DNA of 64,000 nt, taken from the human T2T-CHM13v2.0 reference genome, Homo sapiens. A program made the position numbers and the translations under genes. Numbering within the stretch: the first letter of the stretch is position 1; the number at the start of each line of letters is the position of its first letter. The stretch lies in NCBI RefSeq assembly GCF_009914755.1, contig NC_060931.1, one strand, 5' to 3'. This document shows positions 11,470-25,866 of the stretch, in pieces. The notes beneath the pieces were generated by a model. It saw nothing but the letters and a program-made list of their open reading frames with translations. It ran no database searches and was not told the origin of the DNA.

Positions 11470-13303
11470 CTCCTCTCTTGACTTCTTCCACATTTCTCCC
11501 CTTCCATTGCCTGCTAAACTTTTGGGAAGAGTTTTCTATAGTCACTATCTATTTTCTCTCCTGTCCTTTGCTCCTGAACTCAGTTTAAAAAGGGTTCTGC
11601 TCCCACCATTCCAAAACAAAAAAAAATACCTTATCAGTCTCACCAGTGCCTTTGACGTTGGTACATCCAATATTCAGTGTTCTTGGTCCTCACTTTATGG
11701 ACCTACCAAGAGCTTTCAATTGTTATCATTGTGTCATTCTGGAGATGCTTTGTTCACCTGACTTCCGGGATGCCATACTTGTCTGGCTTTCCTGCCATCT
11801 CACTAGCCACATACATTGTACTCCACTGTCTTCCTCAATCTCTTTTTCTAGTTCCTTCTCATCCCCCCAACTTCTAAACATTGTAGTCCTTAGAGTTCTT
11901 CCTTGGGCTACTTCTGTTTTGCATCTACACTATTTGCATGACTATCTCATCCCTGTATTCTCTACATTGATAACTCCCAAATTTGTCTTTCTAGACCAGA
12001 AGTTGTACCTGAACCCCAGTGTCATATATTCAACTATCCATTTAGATATGTAACACAGTTCTCAAACTTGACATGTTCAAACTTGATCTCCTGATCTTCC
12101 TCCCATCCCAACTCCTACTTCCACTGTCTTCTTTATCCCAATAAATAACAACTGCACTCAGTTGTTTAGGACAAAAACCTTGGAGCCACTTTTAATTCTT
12201 CCATCTCTCTTACAGCCTACACATAATCTTCCATTGCAAATGTCAGTATTGCTCCTGGGTTACATTTTTTCATGATCTCCATCCATTGCTACCACCTATC
12301 CACACTTGCATCATGTCTTCTTGGGTTATTTCACTGGCTTCCCAGCTGGTCTCCCTACTTTACCATACAAATCAGCCAGGGTGATTTTGTTCAAATGTAA
12401 GTCAGATTATGTCACTCTCCAATTTCTTGTTTAACTCAGAATAAAAGCCAAAATCTCTACTCATGAAGTGTCCATCAAGCCCCAAATGCTCTGGCCTCCT
12501 ATTATTTCTCTTTTTATTTTTTTAAAAAATTACTTTATTATTATTTAGAGACAGGTCTCCCTCTGTCACCCAGGCTGGAGTGCAGTGGTATGATCAGAGC
12601 TCACTGTAGCCCTGACCTTCTAAGCTGAAGCAATCCTCCTACCTCGGCCTCCTGAGTAACTGGGACTACAGGCATGTGCTACCATGCCTGGCTATTTTTT
12701 TTTTCTTCAAATTTATTGTAGAGACGGAATTTATCTATGTTGTCTGGGCTAGTCTTGACTTCCTGGACTCAAGTGAACCTCCTGCCTCAGCCTCCCAAAG
12801 TTTTGGGATTAAAAACTTGAGCCACCATGCTTAGCTCTCCTGTTACTTCTTCAGTGACCTCCCACTCCACTCTCCCCTCACTCCCCTCTTCTGGCCTCAC
12901 TGTCCTCCTAGCCTTTCTGGATCACCAAGGCACATTCTTTTCAACGCCTTTGTTGTTGCTGTTCTCTCCATTTGGAATGCCTTTCTTTTATAATTATTTA
13001 TGATCCACTTCCTCACTTCCTTTGGTTTTTGTTCAATGATACTTTTTCATTTGAGGACTTCCCTGGACACACTGCAGTGATATTGCAACCACCTCTCTTC
13101 TCAAATGTCCTCTGTCTTCCCCTCTTTATTTTTCTCCTTAGTTCTTATCACTCATGCATTTTTCTAAATTATTTTATTCTCTATCTCTTCCCATTGGAAT
13201 GTAAGCCCCTTGAAGGTTTTTGTGTTTGTTCACCATGGAGCCCCAGACCCTAGCATAATGCCTGGTATATGATAGGTGCTTAGTAAATATTTGTTGAATA
13301 AAA
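11470..13303 (+). mobile_element. L2 (L2a-like) long 3' fragment interrupted by AluJ
   Basis: pyrimidine-rich L2 RT-region remnants ('gacttccgggatgccatacttgtctggctttcctgccatctc'), 'ctcaaacttgacatgttcaaa', and terminal 'cctggtatatgataggtgcttagtaaatatttgttgaataaa'. Confidence 0.8.
12511..12836 (-). mobile_element. Alu, AluJ (Jo/Jr-like)
   Basis: diverged antisense dimer with J diagnostics ('gcaatcctcctacctc', 'tcctggactcaagtga'); TSD ctcctattatttct (12496-12509)/ctcctgttacttct (12837-12850). Confidence 0.92.
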
Positions 13304-13306
13304 CAA

Positions 13307-13310
<4 letters not shown>

Positions 13311-13358
<48 letters not shown>
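13311..13358. repeat. T48 mononucleotide run
   Basis: 48 uninterrupted T followed by AG. Confidence 0.97.
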
Positions 13359-13359
<1 letters not shown>

Positions 13360-13360
<1 letters not shown>

Positions 13361-13560
13361 TTTGATTTTGCTTGAATCCTATTTTGGCTGATATCACTGC
13401 TTCTTTTTTTAGCTTGTATTGCCATATATAACTTGCATTGTCATTTTATTTTTGACATTTTATGCAACTTTTTATTAATGTTAAATGAACCTTGCAAACA
13501 TCATATAATCACATTTTTTGACCTTGTCTGAAATCTTAGTTTACTTTTTCAACATTCTTT
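13360..13560 (-). mobile_element. old L1M fragment
   Basis: 'tattttggctgatatcactgcttc...ttgcaaacatcatata...ttgtctgaaatctt' resembles antisense old L1 ORF2 sequence. Confidence 0.45.
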
Positions 13561-14556
13561 CTTCATCTTGTTTGATTTTTCATATTTATCCATACTAATT
13601 GTGTTACATACTCTCCAGTTTTTGCTTTCTGCACTGTCTGGTCTTTGCATTTATCGTTTCTAGGTCACATTTTTAATTATTCTAGACATTAACTAGTAAA
13701 ATGCCTTAAGTTTTTTTTCTGTCATTGTCAAAAGTGAAGCTGTTTTCTGAGTCCTGCACTACAGCAGAGAAGAAATGCATTACCACCCACCACCAGCAGC
13801 TTTCTTCCAGCTCCCTCTAACTTCTCTGTCACTGTCATTTAGTAATGTAAATACAAATTTGTTATTTTAAATAAAGAATGTTCTTAAGTTTTTTTGTTTT
13901 TTACATTTTCTTTGGATAGTCATACAGCAGCCAGCCTAACAAAAATTATTTGTATTTTTTATGTCTTAGCGCTTATAGTTTGTTGCTTTATACCATAATT
14001 TTAGCATTTGGGGTTGGGCTGTTCCTTGAAGCAATTGTTTGAAGTGTTGTTAGATAACTTGTTTTCTGTGTAAGACATATATGTTATGTCTTTTTTCTCT
14101 TCACATGTGCAAGACAACCTGGATGCAAATAAAATTATTTGGTTACAACGTTTTTTCTTACAAAACATATGGTCCCTGCTTTTTTATGTTATGGCATTTA
14201 GTGTTACTGAGAAAAGAACGGAAAGTTCCACCTCAAGGTCACTTCTTTTATGCCAGATTTGGCATATTTGATGGCTGCAAGAGGAGGTGGGGTGGTGGGA
14301 TAGGAAATCTTCAAAACTTAGTACCTGCCTGGTAAAAGGAAGAGACACAGAACTCTGACTAGTTGAGGTATTAGACCATAAGAGTATTTTAATTTTCTCT
14401 CCATCAACAAAATAATTAAATATATTAAAATTTATGTATTTGAATCTTTAATATTTAACAAGATTATTCACAAGTATTAAATTTGGCTTTTCAGTTTCAC
14501 CATTTAAAGGGCAAAATCATTCTGCCTGATATATCTTAGAGTTCTTCAAGCATCTC

Positions 14557-14580
14557 ATATATATATATATATATATATAT
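14557..14580. repeat. (AT)12 microsatellite
   Basis: perfect run. Confidence 0.95.
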
Positions 14581-15071
14581 GTAATGTTTATATAAATGTC
14601 TTGCAGTGACTCTTAAGAAAATAATCAGTTCTCCATAATAAGGCAGTTAGGATTTACCTGAAAATAAAGATAATATATCAAGACTTAGCAATATGCTAGC
14701 TTTTCAACCAAATATATCATTTTCTGCATGGTAGTGGGTATCTTTGTTTTTTTGAAAAATATTTTTGTGATTAGAAAATTATACACAATCATTGCAAATA
14801 TTCAGAAATAACAAAATATATAAAATAAAATTTATCCACAATTCCATCAGAGATACAAATTTTTAACATTTTATTTAACTTCTTTCCTGGCATTTTTCTA
14901 CATGCACATATATACACACAGAGAGGCAGGAAGGAGGGAGGGGGAGAGAGAGGAAGAGAGAGGTGTACATTTTTAACAATGATTGCCCTATACAAATGGC
15001 TTGGTGATCTGCCTTTTGAATCTAAAATATACTGAAACTTTGTCATGTCGTTAAACATCATTTTTAGTCAC

Positions 15072-15553
15072 TGTATCAGTTAGAATATAGTTTGATTGCA
15101 TGCCCAAAAAAACCCCAAATGGCTGTGTGGTTCAAACAAGAATAGATTTGTTTCTCTTTTCTTTTCCTTGTCAGTCCAGACTGGTGGACCTCTCTTTTAC
15201 AAAGTCAGTCAAGATGGTTTGCACCGTGGTGTCGACATCCAATGTTCTTTTATCTTGCTCCACTGTCTTGGAAGTATTACTCTCTTCCATATTTCCTGGT
15301 TAGTTCACAATCCTGTCAGTATTCTGTCAAATGAAATGGAGAAATGGAGAAATGGCAAAGCCTGTGTATTCCCTTTACAGATACAATGCAGAAATTGCAC
15401 TCTTCAGTTTGCCAGAACTTAGCCGCAAGTCCACAAAGAAGACTGGAAAATTTAGCATTTATTCTGGATGGCCAGGTGCTCAGGTAAACAATTTGTGACT
15501 GTAGAAAAAGGGGGAAATGGTTATTGGGGAGCAATTGGCAATCACTGTCAAAC
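15072..15553 (-). mobile_element. MLT1J-like solo LTR (ERVL-MaLR)
   Basis: begins 'tgtatcagttagaatatagtttgattgca', ends 'ggttattggggagcaattggcaatcactgtca', like antisense old MLT1 LTRs. Confidence 0.6.
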
Positions 15554-15749
15554 TAGTATTTCATTAAAATATGTTTTGACAGGTTTTTTTCTGTTATTCA
15601 CCATGCATTCATGAATATTCTTACATTTGGTTCCCCTGTAACAACTTCTTAATGATAGCCAAGATTTCCTAAATATTTATAGGGTTCCAGATAGTATTTT
15701 AATTATCTTGTATGTATTTTTTCAACTGAATATAATGATATTATTAGGT

Positions 15750-15920
15750 AGCTACACTTCTTTATCCTCCTTCAGGGATATGACTGAGGAAGTCTAGACT
15801 TATAATAGGTTAAATGAGAAAGTGTTGAACAACCCGATCGTGTGCACAGGGCTAGTAAATGGTTGATTGACATGAGACTCAGATCTATGTCTGAATTCCA
15901 AGTCCTTAACTCCTACTATC
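15750..15920 (-). mobile_element. MIR fragment
   Basis: 'gcacagggctagtaaatgg...gactcagatctatgtctgaattccaag' antisense MIR. Confidence 0.55.
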
Positions 15921-16265
15921 TAATCATTTTTTAGAAAAAATTTTTCGAAGGATAAGTTCTGCCACAAAGTTAGGCATATTTCTAAGACTGTTGATTCACA
16001 TTGTCAAACTGCACTCTGAAAAGCAGGTGCCAGTTGGTGCTCCTGTCAGCAGTATACGGAAGGACCCCTTTGCCAAAACCCTTCCCAGCATTAAATGCTT
16101 AACATACCAAAAGAACAGAAACACCACTCTAATACACCACTAACTAATACATTAGTTGACATTTATTTGATGAATAATATGGTTGAACATTTACATTGGT
16201 ATTTATTATTGTTTCCATTTCTTTTGTGAACTGCTTTTTGTACAAATCTTTTGTTTAAATTGTGC

Positions 16266-16562
16266 TTTTTTTTATTATTTGAGAAGGGATCTGCCTCTGT
16301 CACTCAGGCTGGAGTGCAGTGGCATAATCTTGGCTCACCACAACCTCCACCTCCCGGGCTCAAGTGATCCTCCCACCTCAGCCTCCTGTTTAGCTGGGAC
16401 TACAGGCACGCACTTCCATGCCCGGCTAATTTTTGTATTTTTTGTAGAGACACGATTTTGCTATGTTGCGTAGGCTCACCTCAAACTCCTGAGATCAAGC
16501 AATCTGCCCACTTGGGCCTCCCAAAATGTTGGCATTGCAGGTGTGAGCCACCACACCTGGTC
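16266..16562 (-). mobile_element. Alu, AluJb-like
   Basis: antisense dimer, 'gggctcaagtgatcctcccacctc', 'ttttttgtagagac'; 'taaattg' on both flanks as a TSD remnant. Confidence 0.92.
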
Positions 16563-18027
16563 CTAAATTGCCTTTTATCCCATTCAATCATTGCTCTTTT
16601 GCTTATAGATTATTAGAATTCTTTGTCTTAAGGATATGTAGTTTGGATTCCCCCTGACATTTCCTTGGATTTTGATAGACTTTATTGGATTTGGGGGAAG
16701 GTGTATTATGTTCATTGTCTTTGTCATATATAATTTTTTAGATAATTTTGGGATTTATAACTATGGAAGTGGATAGATTTTAAAAGTGAAAGATACGCTA
16801 AATGTCATCATAGTTAGTTCTTACTTGAGAGTATCACCTTAATTTTAAAAATGATAATCCCTCTCTTAGAAGAGAAGACAGAAGGAAAATGTGTCCTCTG
16901 AAGGCTTTTATTTGCATAAATTGTTTATATCTTTTGATCAACAATCTTTAGCTATTTTGATATCCAAATGCTTTAAAAGGGTATATTATTTCTTTCTCTT
17001 CTAAAACAGAGGATGTGCCCCTGGTTTTTGGAGCCCATAAAAATAGGCATTGGCCTGAAAGTCTGGCTGTGACCCTAATGAGAAAAATAGCTATGACCTG
17101 TCTCTCCTGTCTGTTCTCTTCTAGTACTGTTTCCCCTACCCTCTTTAAGTCTTGCAGGTGTAGGATAATCATACTTATTTCTCTTTTTTGGGAGCTAGAT
17201 TATTGAATTGTAGGCTTTTAAGAAATAAGGGGACTTCCAGGAAGTTGATACTGTTGGGTAGAATTGATCTCATAAGCTAATTAGAATTTTTGCAGCCCAT
17301 TTGCAACAAAAATAGCAATGCCCTTTTTCTTAGATTTTTATTAAGAGAGATGTAAAATAATATTTTAAAGGAAATGTGAACTACAGGAGAAAGTAAAGAT
17401 TTTGTTTATTACAAGTTGTAAAGGCTTAGTTTATAAATTATTTTATTGTAAACATTGCTACAATTTTATGAATCTTCTAGTGTTACACACTAGAAATAAA
17501 GATCTCTCATTCGTAAAGGATCATATGAGAGTCTTCAAGACGACTCAGATTGGCCTTATGAGGAAAGGATATAAAAGGCGTTGGCAGCCTACAGTCTGTA
17601 CACTAAACCGGTTAGGAAAATAATTGTCAGTGAAATGCAAAAGACCAGATCCTTCAGATATTAGGCAGTTCTCAAAGAAATAAAAGTTTGGCTTAGCATC
17701 TTCCCTCTTCCTTGATGTATTCTTCTCCTATCCTCCCCAGATACATATTATTTCGTTGCACTTGGAAGGTTAGAATCCCCCTTTCTGCCCCTTGTCTGGG
17801 TCCTCCTTCTCGCCAAGTGTTACCAGGCTCCCTAGTCATTCTGCCTATTTTCCCAATCAAATATCCATTTCTATGAGTATTCATTTATAGATATATTCAC
17901 TGATTATCTGATCAACGTAATTTATGCTGGACTTTGAATTTCCAACCTTCATAAGGACATATGTACATTTTTAAAAAGGAACACATTAACAGCAATGATT
18001 CTGTAATTGATATAGAGTAGATGTTTT

Positions 18028-18794
<767 letters not shown>

Positions 18795-18919
18795 TTAATC
18801 TATTTTTCCCTCAATTGGCAATTTGCCTTAATCTCTAAATTGTCAGTGGGTGTATTTGATAATGAACATTTCTTGTACAAAGAAAGAGACTAGCTTGGTT
18901 TGTATTGTCCTTATTAATA

Positions 18920-19125
18920 ATAACCATTTCTCAAGACAATCATAGTACCAGACACTTTGTATTTGTGTTCTCATATAATCTTTATAATGCAATGATAGAC
19001 ACTATTGTTGTTTTTCTTGTTATTATTGGTCTTTTAGCTTCCTTAAAGTCATAAGTGGAAGGTAACAGAACTTGGACTTGAACCCAGGTCTACTGATTTC
19101 AAAGCCTCTGCTTTTAACCTCATAC
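18920..19125 (-). mobile_element. MIR
   Basis: 'gtaacagaacttggacttgaacccaggtctactgatttcaaagcctctgcttttaacc'. Confidence 0.65.
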
Positions 19126-22100
19126 CCTTCAGTGATAACGGGCTTTACTCATAATAATGGTGGAGATACAGTTTGAAATAGGTTTGACATAGATTTAGCG
19201 TACACATTCCTAAGAACTAGTCTCTATGGAAAAAAAAATGTAACATGACTTCTTCAAAGCCAGAATCTCAAGTTTTTTACATTGATACTGTGGGTTCGAG
19301 GCTTTCTGCTGCCATGGTGCTTTCAGAGTATGGACATTTGTTCTTGTTTTTCTACCTTGTTTTATACATTCCTCTATCCCCACAGCCCAGCAATGCACGA
19401 TGCTATCTGGTTGGTTAGTCTGCACTCTCTGTCACTGCCCATCTTAATATACATATTTCACCAAAATCCCTCCTTCTGCTAGCTAGAAGATCTTGTTCAC
19501 TTTCTCCACTAAGAGGGAAACCTGACCCGTGGTCTTCCTGCCAATCTCACAGCATTACTCTACCCAAAACTATGCACAGCAGCTTTCTCTCCCTCCTTTC
19601 CAAGGTTGCATGTAGTGTATATATTTACGGCTCCATGGGCAGAGTGAGTGATCAAGAAACACTAAGTGATTGTGGTGGCCAGAAATGCAGAGGACATCAT
19701 GGTATATATAAGGCAAAATTATCCATTGATGACTTATTACTTATTTGGCCATTCAACTAGAGTTTTTAAGCACTGATTCTTTTCCCTAAAACCTTATTAT
19801 ATCATAATGGATCCGTTAGATAATCTAGTTTAAATTAAAAGAAGGAAAAAAGAACTTTGCCCTCAGGAAGGAGGAAAATAACATCCTACCAAATGTAGAA
19901 TGTACCACTTCGGTGGTACATTTAAATACTACAGTAGCAGAAAATGATACCTGATAATGTATATAGAGAGCTATCAGTCCTCTCGGTGCAAAAACAAAAC
20001 AGTAAACCATGTAAGTACTTAGAGACATTCAGGAATATGTGCAGCTCTCATAAGTTTCATCCTACTCACTGAATTCACTTCAGAGAAGATTTCTTTTAAT
20101 TGTAGAATAATGTGATGGGTTTTTTTTTTTCATGTTCTATGAATGATTCTATGCTGTGGAACAGCCTTCAATGGAGAAATTCAGAAGAAGCAGGATGTGA
20201 TGTTTTCACAATCCAAAAATGCTGTTGTTGCATACACTCCAGAAAGCGGCTCTGCTGTTAAAGGAATTTCTTGGAAATCTTTTATCTGCTGTTTTGAATA
20301 GCTGTAATATAAATGTAATAGATATTGTCTCCATTGTATTCAAATTGTATTTTCTAGAGAATGAGAAGATGGAGTCTGATGTCAGCCTTCATTTTTTTTA
20401 ATATACTGTTTTTCTTCCCTGCCAGAATAATGCCAACTTCATGTATGTTGTCTACACTTCCTTCACGTAGATGAGGGAATTATCTTGAATATGTTTCTTT
20501 TGAGGAAATTGAGAAGTCTGCTCAGGGAGTACTACTGAATGCTTTGCTTGCTAACCTATACATCAGAACAAGGTGGTATATCTGCTGCTCTAAGAATAAG
20601 TACATTTTGCTACAAAGAGAAGTATTTCATATACTTACTTAAAATCTACCAAAAAGTTCAGGGAAGCTCTTAGTAAGTAGCTGAGGTTACTTAGCTTCAG
20701 GGGAAAAAAGCTAGAACAGAGTGTGTGTTCAAGAAGTAAAATAGGGCATGGAATCACTAATGGTGGCAGTGCATGAGGAATTGATATGAGATGAGACTAC
20801 AGAAATAACTCAGCAAGTCCAGTGTAAACTTTTATTTATTCATATATAAAGCCTGATATTATTGCTGTAATTTAAAGTATATTGCTATAATTTAGATAAA
20901 ATTTTTCCATCACTGCTTTCTTTTCCATCTCTCAGCTGGTCTTATTATTCAAGTCCCAGGACAGTAAACATTTTGTAGTTTCAAAAGCCCTTCAGTACTA
21001 ATGGATTTTTTTTTAAAACTAGTTGTTTTAAATGAAACTGTAATTATGAGAACATATCTCTCTTTTCTTCCTTTTGGCAAATTCCACTAGGCATTAAAGC
21101 TTATTACCCAGTTCAAATCGATTATATTTATTTTCATTCATGACTCACAACGTTTCTACCTTCTAATACTTGCAAGTATATTCATATGTGATTTCAAGAT
21201 CTCTCAAGTACATTTTCTGTATCTTTCCTGCTTTGTCATATTTGTAATATTTTATATGTAACATAAAATATATGGAAGATAAATTCTGCTAACTATAAAA
21301 GTTCATATTTTTTTAAGTTATCAGAAGTTTTGTTCTATATATCTTTGAAGTTACTGAAAGCTCAGATTTCATTTGAACAGAATGGTATTGTAGGGACATT
21401 ATCTAGTTTCTTTCAGGCTATCTCTCTCCTGAGAAAGCTTGAGTCCTGGAGCTCTTTGGAATTACAGCTGAGCACAGAGAAGATGGGAACTTGGGACAGG
21501 TGAATACCCATGCCCTAGACCTGGGGAAAGGACCAGATCTGATTGGAAGACCCTATAGCTCTGTGCAAGTCAGACTGGGGCTATGGAGCAGCCTTCAACT
21601 GGAGGTTGACAGATCCCTTGAGAGAGTATTACATGGTGTTCACGTATTCAGAGTTCCTTTTATGGACTATTGGAGACCAAGCTTGAGGCCTTGGACAAGA
21701 GAGAGTTTTTAAAGTACAGGGAAACTCTAGCAATAGTATTTATGCTTAGGAACTAGTTCTCTAATAGCAGTGACCACTGTTTCCAGTGGCTAAACCTAGG
21801 GGCCTGCAAAGCTATTGGAACGGACACAGATCAGTTTTCTGAAGAAAATTCTGGCCCAGTCAATAGATACTCTCATGGCTGAAGCCTGAGCAGATGTGAG
21901 AGGGTCAATTACTGAGACAGAACAGGGCACGAGAATAGGTATTGAAACCTGAGAGACAGGTTGAGAGCCTGTATTTGGATTTCAGAGTGCAGAGGTCAAG
22001 TTTGGGAGCTGGAAGAAGGAAGAAACATGACCAGGGAGAAGGTAAGCAGAAGGGGTGAACTGAAACTAGATGCTGAAGACACGAGGTCATAAACGTGAAC

Positions 22101-22699
22101 AAGGATCAAAGCCCTGGCAACTCAAGAAAACTGCTCAACCCAGGAGAGGCCGCTCACCCTTTACAACAGAATACAAACTTTGCCTTGTCTCTGATACCTT
22201 TCTGTCTGTCCCAGGAAGGTCACTCCTTTTGTGAAATCACGCTGTTTTGATGTGCCTCTTCTATTTATTGGATTGGATCCCATTGATGGTTTAGAACCCA
22301 TTCTATGGTAATTGTTTATACATTTCTCTTCCCATTCTACTCCATGAAGTCCTCAGCACCAGAGACTAACTTACCACATGACATGTAAATGATGTACAAT
22401 TGGCAAAGAGATCTTGAGAGTCTCTGTATCTGTTTGTAGGGGGAACCCACCAACAAACAGCTTTGATATAGTGGTTCATCTCTAGGATATAGATAAGGGT
22501 AAGTCATGCTGCCCAATTTATTCAGACGCCTCTTCCTGCCTGGCTCTAAATCTTTGCAGTAGGAGAATGACATAGGACCATAAGGACGTACCTGAAGCCA
22601 GAATATGTTTATGTATTCTTTTAATAGGCACTGTAAAAGGCACTGTGATCAGTGTTTGGGATGCAAAATAAAACAATGAAATCTCTACCTTCAAAGTCT

Positions 22700-22915
22700 A
22701 ATAATAAGTATGATGACCACTGTTTCTTGTACATGAACGATGTGCCAATCACTGCTGTTTTCCATTTATCATGTAGTTCAACATAACAACCCTGTAAGAC
22801 TTATTATATCCATTTTACAAATGAAATAAGGCATAGGGAGGTCATATAACTTGTTCAATATCATGTAGCTGCTAAGTAGGTGAGCTTGGATTAGTGTGTC
22901 TGAATTCAAAGAAAA
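22700..22915 (-). mobile_element. MIR
   Basis: 'ataacaaccctgtaagacttattatatccattttacaaatgaaataaggcatagggaggtcatataacttg' MIR core, antisense. Confidence 0.7.
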
Positions 22916-23564
22916 AGAATTTTAGTAGTATATGTCCTGATCTATGTACCCCATTTTCTGTTTCTGATATTTAACACCATGAATGCCCTTAGATTCTGAG
23001 TGATTCTTTGTTGAGAATGAAAGTAGTAACAGAGAGCAATGTTATAAAAAGCCCCTTCCATAATTCAAGCAAAAACATTATGCATGCCAGTAATTTCATT
23101 TTCGTCTTCACAACCTACTCAAAGTGAGAAAACAGAGCTAAAAATAGGGATGAGGCAATGTTATGTAAAGTTCAGGAAAAATGTAATAAAAGCCAGATTT
23201 AGGTAAATATTATTGCAGAAAAGATGTATTTTGTTAAAATGGCCTTAAAATCTTTTCTGTATGTTTGTTTCAAGATATAAAATATAGATCACTTTTTAAA
23301 GAAATGATTCAGTGACTATTACACAATTACAGAGTTACCAAAAATGTCTTCACTGTTAGTATATTCTAAAATTTGATGAAGTATTACACAAGTCAAATCA
23401 GAATTTATTTATAATTAATCTCTTGATATTTTATTACAGATTAGTGTTTTTAGAATGTAACAATTACTTGGCCTTTGATGCTATTTACTGAAATAATTTT
23501 TCTAGGAGTTATTTCATAAACGCCTATCAGAGTGTAGAAGATTATTTTATTATCCTGAATAAAG

Positions 23565-24650
23565 TTTTATTTTGTTTTTAAATGACACATAACAATTGTA
23601 CATATTTATGGGCTACAATATGATGTTTCAATACGTATATACGTTGTATAATGATCATATCAGGGTACTTAGCATACCCACCACCTCAAACACTTTTCAT
23701 TCCTTTGTGGCAAAAACATTAAAAATTCCCTATTCTAGCTAATTTGAAGAATACAATACATTATTGTTGGCTATAGTCACCCTACTGTGCAGTAGAACAC
23801 CAGGATTTATTTGTCCTATCTGACTGTAACTTTGTACCTGTTGGCCAATCCCTCTCCATTCCCGACTGTCCCCGCTACTCTCACCAGCAGGTAGTCACTC
23901 TTCTACTCTCTACTTCTATGAGATCAATGTTTTTAGGTTCCAACATGTAAGTGAGAGCATGTGGCATTTGTCTTTCTGTGCCTGGCTTATTTCACTTAAC
24001 ATAATATCCTCTAGGTTTATCCATGTTGTCACAATCACAGTATTTCATTCTTTTATGGTTGATGTTCTGTGATGTATATATACCACATTTTAAAATTCAT
24101 TTATCCATTGATGGACACTTAGATTGATTCCATATCTAGGCAACTGTGAATAGTGCTGCAATAATAGGAGTGCAGATATATCTTTGACATATTGATTACA
24201 TTTCCTTTGGATTACATTTCCTTTGGATATATACCCAGCAGTGCAATGGTTGACACATGTGGTAGTTCTAATTTTAATTTTTTGAGGAACATCATGCTTT
24301 CTTCCAAAATGGCTATACTAGTTTACATTCCCATTGACAGGGAATAAGAGTTCTCCTTTCTTTATATCCTCACCAGCATTTGTTATTTTTTGTCTTTTTG
24401 ATAATAGCCATCCTAACTGAGATGAGATGAAATCTCATTGTGGTTTTGATTTGTATTTCTCTGATAAGTAGTCATGTTAGCATTTTTTTCACTTACCTAT
24501 CTGCCATTTGTATGTCTTCTTTTGAGAAATATCTATTCAGATCTTTGTCTGTTTTTTAATCAAATGATTATTATTACTATTATTTTTACTGCTGAGTTGT
24601 TTGAGTTCCTGAACTTTCTTTTACCTATTACAATCCAGTGTCAAGAAGAT
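23565..24650 (-). mobile_element. L1MA-type 3' end (~1.1 kb)
   Basis: 'gacacataacaattgtacatatttatggg...gtctttctgtgcctggcttatttcacttaac...ctcattgtggttttgatttgtatttctctg'; includes a 16-bp tandem duplication gattacatttcctttg at 24194-24225. Confidence 0.9.
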
Positions 24651-25824
24651 AGTGTATTAATTTCTTTGTTTAGTTTATTGATCAATGTTTATTGATAATA
24701 TCTGCCTTCATGCCTACAATGAAGCAAAACCTTATAATACTGCTTTCTGTATTTCTTCAAGATTCCATAGCCATGCAGTGTAATGTTGAAAAATCAGCAG
24801 ATTTACTTTTTGATGTAGGAGAAAGAAAAAAAAAATAAACAGAGATAACAGCTGTCTACCACAAATTTCCTATTTTGAAAGTTCTATATATTTGTTTAAT
24901 ATGGAACATTTACATGTCATGCACTGGGCTGACTGCTGGGAATATAGAGGAGAACAAGACTGTCCAGTCCGTTGCTTGCATAGAATACTGCTGTTGCACT
25001 TAGTACTAGAGCAATACCAATTATGATAGCATCACTTAATTAAGGTTGGGCAACTGTGTTATTATAGTTAGGTACCATGTAACATTGTGATTTTTAAAAT
25101 GAATTTATCTCATTTGATAAAAATGCATATTTTTTTCTGGCAGGTATGAATTTGCTAGAAATTCTCTAGTTAGACTGTATCAACTACAGTATCATTTATT
25201 CACTTAAAAAGCTGTTGTCATGTTCATTATTTGTACAATGAAAAAATGGGAGAGATGCATTTTATTGCAGGCTTCTACTGTTGTTAAAGCACTAGATTTT
25301 TCCACTTTGAATTGTTCAAAATTATTAGTTTATCAAACAAATTGAAAGAAAAGCCAGGGTTCTGTTGCTAACTTTTGAATGAAATTTTAAGCATTAAGGC
25401 ACATCAAATCAATGGAATATAAATATGAAGATTTTTATTTTTTACCCAGCCATTGTATCCAACCAGGCTAGGGTGAATTCTACTTTTCTATCCTGCAATG
25501 GCATTCTTTGTGCTTTCGGCTCACTTTGGTTTTTAAAAGTCCATTTCTTTCTAAAAGATTAATCTCCAGGTCAATTCAAACTTCACCTTTTACTCATCCC
25601 TTAGCTCGAGTCCTAAAGCAAGAAGAAGAGAGTTAATCCTAGTAAGCCTCTTATTGTTGCTCATTTTTTGGTTGAGAAATGAAGAAAGATATGGCACATA
25701 GTATACATTCTCTAAATATCAAATGAAAGCATGAATGAACAAAATAGCAGAATAAATTAAATTCAGTGATTTGCTAAAAGTTAATCTGAAATGTATGCAG
25801 GATTCTGTTCCAGTCTTTAAATCT

Positions 25825-25832
25825 CACACACA

Positions 25833-25864
<32 letters not shown>
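25825..25864. repeat. (CA)~20 microsatellite with one GA interruption
   Basis: lies within local duplication 2, copy A. Confidence 0.95.

Positions 25865-25866
<2 letters not shown>

Larger units (their letters stand above)
14745..16265 (-). mobile_element. old L1ME-type 3' region fragments interrupted by MLT1 and MIR
   Basis: T-rich antisense L1 motifs ('cattgtcaaactgcactctgaaaag...ctgtcagcagtatac', 'atggttgaacatttacattggt'). Confidence 0.45.

Noticed and set aside
11646-12053. 135-aa ORF on + strand
   Set aside because: Lies inside decayed L2; remnant of L2 ORF2 sequence, not a host gene
21400-22150. GC-richer segment, possibly an ancient LTR (similar patch at 26040-26340)
   Set aside because: Could not assign family or boundaries from memory; needs a Dfam search
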